Origin: Dehalococcoidia bacterium
Lineage (GTDB): Bacteria; Chloroflexota; Dehalococcoidia; Lucifugimonadales; UBA1123
Assembly (NCBI GenBank): GCA_965232905.1
Contig: OZ247432.1
Span: 238,996-302,995, forward strand
Reading direction: 5' to 3'
Length of the DNA stretch: 64,000 nt
This document shows, one piece after another, positions 1 through 7,458 of the stretch. The notes under the pieces are model-generated. The model was not told where the DNA came from, ran no database searches, and saw nothing but the letters and a program-made list of their open reading frames with translations. The first letter of the stretch is position 1. Each line of letters begins with the position of its first letter. The translations under genes were made by a program, and so were the position numbers.

Positions 1-979
1 GAATGTAACCCAGGCAGTCGCAGCCAAGAGTCAGCGGGTTGGACAACTGCCCGATGCCGTACTCACCAATATCGAAGGCGTTCTTGCGGAAGCTGGCCTC
101 ACTGGGATCGCCATATGGGACCACCATATCGCTGAGCGAGGCCCTGTACATGATCGGGCGTTCCCTGCCTTTGTCATTGTACGTAATTGTGTAGAGGACG
201 AGTCCCTCGCGTGGCGTGAACCCAATCCTGAACCGCCAGTTCTGCCAGCTGATCTCATGGCCGTCCACGTTGAAGCTGGGCCCTTCGTGCTGGACGACTT
301 CCAGGGGCTTCAGGTCCGTGCGGGTTTCGGTGATGTGCTGCCGGGTCCAGTTTCCAGACTCCGGAGGCAGGGGTACTACGCCGTAGTCTTCAACCCGCAG
401 TACCTCCATGCTGTTGAGGTCGACGACGACGATCACATTCTGCAGTGGGCGGGCGTAGCCGTTGTCTGTCGGGTCTGATCGCACCCAGGCGAGCGCTCGC
501 GTGAGCCTCCTGCCCTTGTCGTCTTCAGGCTCGACTCCATACGCGCCCGCAGACCACGGGTCGACCATGACCAGATCGACATCGTCTACTCCGCGCTTCT
601 TCAGTGCCTCAATGAACTCGGGCGACTGCTTGACAGCCTCTTCACACTCCACGAACTCGTCGAGCATGATGGCTGGCTGTGCACCTTCGATTGTGTTCCA
701 TGAGGTGACGGCAGACTGGGTCAAGGAGACGACCGCTTCGATGCAGTGGGCGGTTGTACGTTCTAAAAGAACAACGAACGCCTCGCGTTCCACAGGCTCG
801 TCAGGACCGAATGAGAGTACAGCCTGCTTGTCTGGCTCGTTCAACACGACCGTCACGAAGCGGTGCGCATCCGTAACGCGGGAGTCCGACCCTACTATAG
901 CCACGGCCGATTCAATTTCGGCTTTGGACAGAGGCTCAAGAGGGTGCGTGGTGGCAGCGTGAACCTTGGTCTTCAGCAT
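1..979 (-). CDS. copper-containing (topaquinone-type) primary-amine oxidase, N-terminal 326 codons; the C-terminal part lies beyond the left window edge
   Basis: Absent from the ORF track because no stop lies inside the window. A reverse-strand ATG (977-979) opens a frame that stays open to base 2: MLKTKVHAATTHPLEPLSKAEIESAV ... RKNAFDIGEYGIGQLSNPLTLGCDCLGYI. The HPL-PLS-AEI N-terminus and the GEYG...LGCDCLG block match copper amine oxidases as I remember them. The + strand ORFs 257-478 and 462-962 are shadow frames of this gene. Confidence 0.8.
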   Translation of the reverse strand, partial: MLKTKVHAATTHPLEPLSKAEIESAVAIVGSDSRVTDAHRFVTVVLNEPDKQAVLSFGPDEPVEREAFVVLLERTTAHCIEAVVSLTQSAVTSWNTIEGAQPAIMLDEFVECEEAVKQSPEFIEALKKRGVDDVDLVMVDPWSAGAYGVEPEDDKGRRLTRALAWVRSDPTDNGYARPLQNVIVVVDLNSMEVLRVEDYGVVPLPPESGNWTRQHITETRTDLKPLEVVQHEGPSFNVDGHEISWQNWRFRIGFTPREGLVLYTITYNDKGRERPIMYRASLSDMVVPYGDPSEASFRKNAFDIGEYGIGQLSNPLTLGCDCLGYI

Positions 980-1255
980 GGCGGATGCCTTTCATGAACT
1001 GTCAATGGGTAGCAAACGCAACTCTACATCCAGTTGCCTGATTTGGCAACATTCGCATCCCTCGTCACTCAACTTCCTGATAGACCTGTTCGGTTCTTAT
1101 TCCTTCTGACAGCCAGGTTCTGTCTATCCATAAATCTTGGGGGGGGGAACTGCCCATCTGGGATGTGACGAATCAGAATCTTCATGATATGATGTCGCAA
1201 TAAGAAACTGACTCTAGAGGACTCAGCAACCAACGACTGAAAGCGGGTCAAGGCA

Positions 1256-2077
1256 ATGCAGTCAACGTCTCAGTCACCCACCACAGAACTCAGCCAAAGT
1301 GGCACAGATAGACTTCCGGAAGGAGTGGCTCCCCTGGCAGCAGAGGGAGTAACCGTCTATAGAGGCGGAGTCCTGGTCTTGGACGATGTGACCTTCACTG
1401 CCGGACCCAACTGCCTGATGGGAGTGGTGGGCCCAAACGGGGCAGGTAAGAGCACACTGTTCAATGCGATTGTGGGTCTATTGAAGGTAGACGAGGGACA
1501 GGTGCTGATTCACGGCATCCCCGTTGACGATGCTCGAGGGCTCATTGCCTACGTTCCCCAGCATGAGAACGTCAACTGGCGTGTACCCATGAGTGTCTGG
1601 GACGTTGTGATGCAGGGCCGGACAAAGAAGATCGGATGGCTGCGCAGGCCCAGCCTCTCAGACCGCTGGCTTGTCGAGGAAGCTCTGGAACAGGTGGACA
1701 TGATCGACAGGAGGTCGGCCCTGGTCAGCAATCTGTCCGGCGGCCAGCGGCAGCGCGTGTTTGTTGCGCGGGCTCTTGCACAGGGAGCGGATGTCTTGCT
1801 CCTTGATGAAGCCTTCAGCGGAGTTGATATTGCGTCGCAAGAAGCTCTTGTAACCGTGCTCCATGAGCTGAGGGATCAGGGGCGAACGATCTTGCTGTCT
1901 TCACACGATATCGGACACGTCGCGCACTACTGCGACCAGTGCCTGTGCATAAACTGCCGTGTGTGTGCGTGCGGCGCTCCTGAGGACGTGCTGACTCCAG
2001 ACTTGTTGATAGAGATGTACGGGCCGCATGGTGTCGGCTCGATCCACGGAGAAGCTCTCGATGGACATCATCACTGA
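1256..2077 (+). CDS. metal (Zn/Mn-type) ABC transporter ATP-binding protein
   Basis: ORF track 273 aa. Walker A GPNGAGKST, ABC signature LSGGQRQR, Walker B LLLDEAFSGVD. Overall look of ZnuC/MntB/TroB-type importer ATPases. The stop overlaps the permease start. Confidence 0.85.
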   Translation: MQSTSQSPTTELSQSGTDRLPEGVAPLAAEGVTVYRGGVLVLDDVTFTAGPNCLMGVVGPNGAGKSTLFNAIVGLLKVDEGQVLIHGIPVDDARGLIAYVPQHENVNWRVPMSVWDVVMQGRTKKIGWLRRPSLSDRWLVEEALEQVDMIDRRSALVSNLSGGQRQRVFVARALAQGADVLLLDEAFSGVDIASQEALVTVLHELRDQGRTILLSSHDIGHVAHYCDQCLCINCRVCACGAPEDVLTPDLLIEMYGPHGVGSIHGEALDGHHH

Positions 2078-2927
2078 AGCAATAGTAGGCCCATTCCAAT
2101 ATGGCTTCATGGTGCGGGCGCTGCTGGTTTCCGTACTTGTAGGCATCATGTGTCCGATTCTGGGCGCCTATGTTGTCGTCAGAGGGCTCGGCTTCATGAC
2201 CGACGGTCTCGCCCACTCCCTCCTGCCTGGGCTGGTAGTGGCGGCCCTGGTGGTGTCCGTGATCTCGTCCTCGTGGCTTATTCTTGTGCCCAACGCCATA
2301 GCGTTCGCACTTGTCATAGGATTTCTGTCGAAGAGGACCGGCCTTAGTGAGGACACCTCAATTGGCATACTCTTCGCTGGGCTGTTCGCCCTCGGACTGA
2401 CACTGCTGACCGCAGCGCGCGGGTTGAACGTCAGCCTGGAATCCGTCCTGTTGGGACAGGTGCTTGGAGTGTCGAGAGGCGACGTCATCGTCACGGCCGC
2501 TTTGGCTGTGGTCGTAATTGTCCTGCTGTTTGCGCTTCACAAAGAGATGGTCTTCACCACTTTCGACCCTCTAGGAGCGTCGGTCATGGGTGTCCCAACC
2601 CAGGTGATGGACTATCTGCTACTGGTCCTTCTGGCTGTGGTCATCCTCATCGCGCTGCAGGCTGTGGGTATCGTGCTTGTAATCTCGATGCTGATAACCC
2701 CAGCCGCCGCAGCCCAGCTATTGACGCACAAGTTCACACTCGCCATGGTCGTCGGCGCCGCTATCGGTGTGGCATCGGCGATCATCGGTCTGTACGTCTC
2801 CTTCCATTACAACCTCGCCTCAGGCCCTGTGATGGCATTGTCGGCAACTGCGTTCTTCGTAGTTGCGCTGGGCTTCAAGCAGGGAACTGCGCGCATTGGC
2901 GGACGCATGGCCCGGTCTCACGCGTAA
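2061..2927 (+). CDS. metal ABC transporter permease (ABC-3, ZnuB/TroC/MntC family)
   Basis: Frame of ORF 2028-2927. ATG at 2061 (MDIITEAIVGPFQYGFM...) overlaps the upstream TGA at 2075-2077. Multiple hydrophobic segments typical of ABC-3 permeases. No cognate binding-protein gene is adjacent. Confidence 0.85.
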   Translation: MDIITEAIVGPFQYGFMVRALLVSVLVGIMCPILGAYVVVRGLGFMTDGLAHSLLPGLVVAALVVSVISSSWLILVPNAIAFALVIGFLSKRTGLSEDTSIGILFAGLFALGLTLLTAARGLNVSLESVLLGQVLGVSRGDVIVTAALAVVVIVLLFALHKEMVFTTFDPLGASVMGVPTQVMDYLLLVLLAVVILIALQAVGIVLVISMLITPAAAAQLLTHKFTLAMVVGAAIGVASAIIGLYVSFHYNLASGPVMALSATAFFVVALGFKQGTARIGGRMARSHA

Positions 2928-2994
2928 CATGGCGACGATAACCGAGGCTGGCGCAGATCTTCGCGTGGCGCGATACGCCACAGGTAAGAAGGAG

Positions 2995-3070
2995 TGGTAG
3001 CGCGTACGGGACTCGAACCCGTGTCTCCACCTTGAGAGGGTGGTGTCCTAGGCCGCTAGACGAACGCGCC
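2995..3070 (-). tRNA. tRNA-Glu (anticodon CUC)
   Basis: 76 nt, hand-folded cloverleaf on the reverse strand. Acceptor GGCGCGU/ACGCGCU, D-arm GUCU..GGAC, anticodon stem CCACC/GGUGG with loop CUCUCAA, T-arm ACGGG-UUCGAGU-CCCGU, discriminator A, encoded CCA. Confidence 0.85.
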
Positions 3071-3114
3071 ACATTAAGTGAGGACCTTGGAAAAACCTTC
3101 AGGCTATGGTTCTC

Positions 3115-3188
3115 TGGCTGGGGATAGAGGATTCGAACCTCTGCTTACAGATCCAGAGTCTGTCGTCCTACCACTAGACGAATCCCCA
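3115..3188 (-). tRNA. tRNA-Gln (anticodon CUG)
   Basis: 74 nt on the reverse strand. Acceptor UGGGGAU/AUCCCCA (U1-A72 as in bacterial tRNA-Gln), anticodon stem ACAGA/UCUGU with loop CUCUGGA, T-arm AGAGG-UUCGAAU-CCUCU, discriminator G, encoded CCA. Confidence 0.85.
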
Positions 3189-3223
3189 GCGACGGTCACC
3201 CCTAGGCTCTCCCGACATCGGAA

Positions 3224-3251
3224 ATTATAGCAATCCGCTAAGGAATTGCAA
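3224..3251 (-). promoter_or_regulatory. sigma70-type promoter for tRNA-Gln/tRNA-Glu
   Basis: Reverse strand TTGCAA (3251-3246), 16-nt spacer, TATAAT (3229-3224), about 35 nt upstream of the tRNA-Gln 5' end. Consensus match only. Confidence 0.5.
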
Positions 3252-3297
3252 AACTCTCCGGGTTACTCTGTCGACCTGTGCACACACTTCTCGCAGT

Positions 3298-3326
3298 TTG
3301 GCAAACTGGGGCGGCGTCTATAGAAT
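3298..3326 (+). promoter_or_regulatory. sigma70-type promoter for the TPP-enzyme gene
   Basis: TTGGCA (3298-3303), 17-nt spacer, TAGAAT (3321-3326). GGAG RBS at 3354-3357, ATG at 3364. Confidence 0.45.
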
Positions 3327-3363
3327 GACCGCGTCCACAGTACTGTAGAAATCGGAGATACAC

Positions 3364-5058
3364 ATGACCGCGTCGCGGACAATCAGTGGCAGCGATCTCA
3401 TCGCTAGGGCCCTCAAACTGGAGGGCGTAAGCACGGTTTTCACCCTCGCCGGCGACCACATCCTGCCTGTGCTCGATGTTATGGCCGACCAGGACTTCAG
3501 GTTCATCGATACAAGGCACGAGCAGGCCGCAGTCCACATGGCGGACGCGTGGGGCCGGATCACAGGGCAGCCGGGCGTCGCCATGTACACGACTCCGGGA
3601 TTCGCAAACGCTATCCCGGGACTGACCAACGCCATGCATTCAGACAGCCCGTTGCTTTCCATCAGCGGCTGTGCCGAGCTTCTTGAGCTCGGTCGTGGCG
3701 CGATGCAGGAGATCGACCAGATCGGCATGGCTCAGCCCGTCACCAAGGGCTCCTGGATGGTCACGGACGCGCGCCGGATCCCCGACATGATTGCAACGGC
3801 GCTCCGGGTTGCATACGAGGGGCGTCGGGGGCCAGTCCACCTGACCATTCCGGTGGACATTCAGCAGCAGCTTGTTTCCGAGGACGAAGTCTCCTTCTAC
3901 AGTCCCGGCGAATACCGGGACATCGGTGCCCCGGCAGCGTCAACTGACAGGGTGCGAGAGGCCGTTGACATTCTTCACAGTGCCGAGAGGCCTCTGATCA
4001 TTGTCGGCAGTGCGGGCGCCTATGCGCGCTCCGGAGAGACCCTGGAGGCGCTAATCGAGACCACCAGGGTGCCGCTCATGACTGAAGGCGACGCCCGAGG
4101 ACTTGTCTCGGACGCCCATCCCTACTGCTATGGTTTCTTCGACTCCGGGCTCAATCGCGCCGCCAGGCTCCTGAGGGAGGCGGACGCGGTCGTGCTGATG
4201 GGCAGAAAACAGGACCTCATCGTTGGATACGCGATGCCGCCCACTGTTGCCCCGGATGCGAAGATTGTCCAGATTGATCCGTCCGCAGCGGAGATAGCCA
4301 GAAATCGCGGGGTCTCTGTAGGAATTCATGGCGACGTTGAAGCCGTCGCCCGCCAGATGGCGGATGAAGCCTCGAAGCGCGAGTGGCGCGACCTTCCCTG
4401 GCTTTCCAGGCTCGGTGAGGAAAGAGAAGCACAGCAGAGGGACCTCGAGTCCATGGCCGTAAATGAGTCGCCAATGCACGCGACGTTCGTTCACAAGGCC
4501 GTGAGATACCACGTCGGCCCTGACGACATCGTCTCCTACGATGGCGGCGACTTCTGCCACTTTGGCAGAGCCTACTCACCGGCGCTGTCGCCTAAGTCGT
4601 GGTGGTATCTGCCCCCACTGGGGATGCTGGGACAGGCTCTGCCAACCGCGATAGCCGCCAAAGCAGCCTACCCTGAGCGCAAGGTGTTCATGTTCACAGG
4701 CGATGGCGCATTCGGCTTCAATGGAATGGAGTACGATACCGCTGTCCGGCACAACCTGCCTATCGTTGGCATCATGGGTAACGACTCGGCATGGGGCATC
4801 GACAGGCAGATCCAGGTCGGTGTCTACGGCAAGACGGTTGCCACTGACCTGTTGCCGTCCAGGTACGACCAGGTTGTGCGAGGCCTGGGAGGCCACGGCG
4901 AGTTGATAGAACATCCAGATGAACTGGATTCGGCGATTGAACGTGCCATTAGACTGGACAGGCCAGCCCTGCTAAACGTACGAGTACAAAACGCCATAAG
5001 CCCACGCGCGCAGGCCGCAATCAATCGTTGGATTAGCCACACGCCACAGCCGATCTAG
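3364..5058 (+). CDS. thiamine-pyrophosphate-dependent enzyme (acetolactate synthase / oxalyl-CoA decarboxylase / 2-hydroxyacyl-CoA lyase superfamily)
   Basis: ORF track 564 aa. N-terminal Pyr domain (GSDLIARALKLEGVSTVFTLAGDHILPV..RHEQAAVHMADAWGR) and C-terminal TPP/Mg motif GDGAFGFNGMEYDTAVRHNLP. The substrate cannot be assigned by eye. Confidence 0.8.
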   Translation: MTASRTISGSDLIARALKLEGVSTVFTLAGDHILPVLDVMADQDFRFIDTRHEQAAVHMADAWGRITGQPGVAMYTTPGFANAIPGLTNAMHSDSPLLSISGCAELLELGRGAMQEIDQIGMAQPVTKGSWMVTDARRIPDMIATALRVAYEGRRGPVHLTIPVDIQQQLVSEDEVSFYSPGEYRDIGAPAASTDRVREAVDILHSAERPLIIVGSAGAYARSGETLEALIETTRVPLMTEGDARGLVSDAHPYCYGFFDSGLNRAARLLREADAVVLMGRKQDLIVGYAMPPTVAPDAKIVQIDPSAAEIARNRGVSVGIHGDVEAVARQMADEASKREWRDLPWLSRLGEEREAQQRDLESMAVNESPMHATFVHKAVRYHVGPDDIVSYDGGDFCHFGRAYSPALSPKSWWYLPPLGMLGQALPTAIAAKAAYPERKVFMFTGDGAFGFNGMEYDTAVRHNLPIVGIMGNDSAWGIDRQIQVGVYGKTVATDLLPSRYDQVVRGLGGHGELIEHPDELDSAIERAIRLDRPALLNVRVQNAISPRAQAAINRWISHTPQPI

Positions 5059-5064
5059 GAAATC

Positions 5065-5619
5065 ATGCTCAGATCTCTATTCGGAAAAGGACGAAAGAAG
5101 CAGTCGGACACTGTACCGTCCGATGATTCGATCCGCACCGCCAAGGTGGGCGATGTGCTGTTCGTACCAGGTCTTTGGGAGACAGGCGAGGACGCGTATC
5201 TTATAGTCGAACGCATTACCAACCTCGAGTCGGCTTACGGAAAGTCCTACGAACTGTCGGTCGTAGACGGCGAGCGTCGCGCCTCCGTCGAGTGGTCAGA
5301 CCAGGATGGGTTGCACATCTCCGCCGTGTTGCAGGACAGGCCGATGGGCTTGTCGGTCGTCGGTCTCGACTACGACACGCTCGTAGAGTGGGATGAGCAC
5401 AAGTCGCTTGAGAACCGCTTCGAGTATGACGGCCACATCTACTACTATCGCAACAGCTACGAGGTACGCTACGACGAGGATGAGGGCTTCTGGCTGTGGG
5501 AATTCATCAGGGAAGATGAAGAGGGCGGAGTGTCTGTGGTCAAAATGGAGGGCCAGCCCTTCGAGGTGTACGTTGCCACCTACATTTCACCCCATGTCTT
5601 GACCGTCTATCACAAGTAG
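5065..5619 (+). CDS. DUF4178-like protein
   Basis: ORF track 184 aa. Soluble, acidic, Trp/Tyr-rich (VGDVLFVPGLWETGEDAYLIVERI...YELSVVDG...WLWEF). Pattern and pairing with a DUF350 membrane protein fit DUF4178 as I remember it. Tentative. Confidence 0.5.
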   Translation: MLRSLFGKGRKKQSDTVPSDDSIRTAKVGDVLFVPGLWETGEDAYLIVERITNLESAYGKSYELSVVDGERRASVEWSDQDGLHISAVLQDRPMGLSVVGLDYDTLVEWDEHKSLENRFEYDGHIYYYRNSYEVRYDEDEGFWLWEFIREDEEGGVSVVKMEGQPFEVYVATYISPHVLTVYHK

Positions 5620-5722
5620 TCTCAGCTCCCGATCCGTCATGCCGGTGCAGGCCGGAATCCTGAGCGGAGTTCCACATCAACAGGGCAATTGGGCAGTCTC
5701 TAAGTGAAACAAAAGGCGAACG

Positions 5723-6610
5723 ATGATTGAAGCATTCGTAGACGTTTTCGAGCAGATTCCCAGGGGCCTGGTTTATGTGGTGTTGGGAGTTATCGTGCTC
5801 GCCATCGCCAGGCTGGCGCAGGACTTCATCACTCCATACAAGCTCCAGGAGCACCTTAACCAGAGGGACAATATCGCCCTGGCCGTTAGCATTTCCGGCT
5901 ACTACCTGGGGGTGATAATAGTCTTCCTGGGAGGCATCTATCAGCCGTTCATGGTCGTCGCGGACGACACTCTCGGATTCACGGAGGCGTACTGGCAGGA
6001 CGTCGGCCTTGTGTTTGTCTACTCGATCGTCGGAATTGTGGTGTTGAACATCGCACGTATCGTTGTCGACAAGCTTGTGCTGCACGACTTCAGTACCGAG
6101 GACGAGATCATCAACGACCACAACTCGGGAACGGGGGCGGTGGAGGCCGCGGTGTATATTGCCGTCGGGCTCGTGATCGCGGGTGCGATTTCAGGGGAGA
6201 GCGGAGGTCCCGAAACTGCCGCTGTGTTCCTCGTGCTGGGTTTGGCTGCGCTGATCATCTCCACGTTGATCTACGAGTGGACCACACCGTTCAACATTCA
6301 CGAGCAGATCGAGGCGGACAACGTTGCTGTCGGTGTTGCCCTTGCAGGCAATCTCATAGCGATCGGAATCGTCGTGTTCAAGGCGGTCTTCGGAGAGTTC
6401 GTCGGTTGGACTGAGAGTATGGCGGGATTCATCACCTACGCAGTAGTCGGGTTCATCCTCCTCTATGCAGTGAGGTTCGTCGTGGACAAGGTGCTGTTCC
6501 CGCACTCCAATCTCTCTGACGAGTTGGCAGTGGACCGCAACCTCGGAGCCGCATTCATCCAGAGCGCCGCGCTGATTAGCGTCAGCCTGATCCTGTTCTT
6601 CGCAGTCTAG
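5723..6610 (+). CDS. integral membrane protein with four DUF350-type repeats
   Basis: ORF track 295 aa. There are four copies of the motif (T/S)P..(L/I).E.(I/L)...N.A.(A/G)....G..(L/I)(G/A). Examples: DFITPYKLQEHLNQRDNIALAVSISGYYLG and WTTPFNIHEQIEADNVAVGVALAGNLIAIG. Each is followed by a hydrophobic helix, as in E. coli YjfL. Confidence 0.6.
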   Translation: MIEAFVDVFEQIPRGLVYVVLGVIVLAIARLAQDFITPYKLQEHLNQRDNIALAVSISGYYLGVIIVFLGGIYQPFMVVADDTLGFTEAYWQDVGLVFVYSIVGIVVLNIARIVVDKLVLHDFSTEDEIINDHNSGTGAVEAAVYIAVGLVIAGAISGESGGPETAAVFLVLGLAALIISTLIYEWTTPFNIHEQIEADNVAVGVALAGNLIAIGIVVFKAVFGEFVGWTESMAGFITYAVVGFILLYAVRFVVDKVLFPHSNLSDELAVDRNLGAAFIQSAALISVSLILFFAV

Positions 6611-7443
6611 CCGCGCCGCACGAGGTTCAGGGAGCCGCCTCCACCGGTAAATCCGGAGCTGGAGCGACCAAAGGCACTGCTGCGTGAACTGCTGCCCCAA
6701 CTCGAACGGACACCTGTGCCGCTTGACCTGAAGTTTCCAGTAGAACGCTGGGAATTCTGGTACGACTGTCTCGATGAGCTTACGTTCTTCGACGCCTGGT
6801 CGTAATTCGAACCCGCGAACGACTTCTGCTTGTTGAAGTAGCTCGTGTTCTTCGACACCTGATTGCGGTAGCCGCTGGAGTTCCTGTAGTTGGACCGGTC
6901 CCTGCTGATCGTGTCGTAGCGCGAAATGGGCGTGTAGTACGCGTATCGCGGTCCAAAGCTGCTCAGGATCATGTACGTGAACAGGAAGTTCCCGGCCCCA
7001 AATCCGTGGTGGTAGTAGCCGTTCGCACCGTAGCCACGCATCTCATGCTGGTCGTTGTTCTTGACGATTGAGAACAGTCGATCATCGATTCCGTCCTCGA
7101 TCTCCTTGGACTTGTTCAGGTCTTCCCAGGCCTCCAGATTGGTGGTGTCTCCGTCCTGTTCGACCCGGATCAAGACGATGCCGTCGCCCTCATAGATCTC
7201 GTTGACGCGCTTCTCGAACTCAGTCGCGCTGTTGGAGTCCTTGAAGGCCTCCTGAACTTCGTCCAGGTTGATCCGACCTGCGGCACCGTCGGTCGCGGCC
7301 CAGTCCTCATAGGTGGGCCCCGAGTCGCACGCGGCTGCCACCGGGGCCGCCAGTAGTGAAACTCCCGCGAGCATGGCCATGGAAGATCTTGTACGTCTGC
7401 TCTTGTTCAATCTTGGTCCCTTCGTGAGGTCCTGCAAATGCAC
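6607..7443 (-). CDS. secreted protein (possible lipoprotein) with a Ser/Asn/Gln/Arg/Gly/Tyr-rich C-terminal tail; last gene of the SecA-like operon
   Basis: ORF track 278 aa (GTG 7443; alternative starts TTG 7410 and ATG 7380). Basic n-region KSRRTRSS plus hydrophobic MAMLAGVSLLAAPVAAAC. An acidic globular part is followed by about 100 aa of low complexity (27 Ser by hand count). It starts 15 nt after the SecA-like stop on the same strand. Confidence 0.6.
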   Translation of the reverse strand: MHLQDLTKGPRLNKSRRTRSSMAMLAGVSLLAAPVAAACDSGPTYEDWAATDGAAGRINLDEVQEAFKDSNSATEFEKRVNEIYEGDGIVLIRVEQDGDTTNLEAWEDLNKSKEIEDGIDDRLFSIVKNNDQHEMRGYGANGYYHHGFGAGNFLFTYMILSSFGPRYAYYTPISRYDTISRDRSNYRNSSGYRNQVSKNTSYFNKQKSFAGSNYDQASKNVSSSRQSYQNSQRSTGNFRSSGTGVRSSWGSSSRSSAFGRSSSGFTGGGGSLNLVRRG

Positions 7444-7458
7444 TCTACAGACAGTCTA

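Noticed and set aside
257-962. + strand ORFs 257-478 (73 aa) and 462-962 (166 aa)
   Set aside because: They lie entirely inside the reverse-strand copper amine oxidase frame, have low-complexity Ser/Thr/Ala composition and no motifs. They are shadow ORFs of a GC-rich gene.
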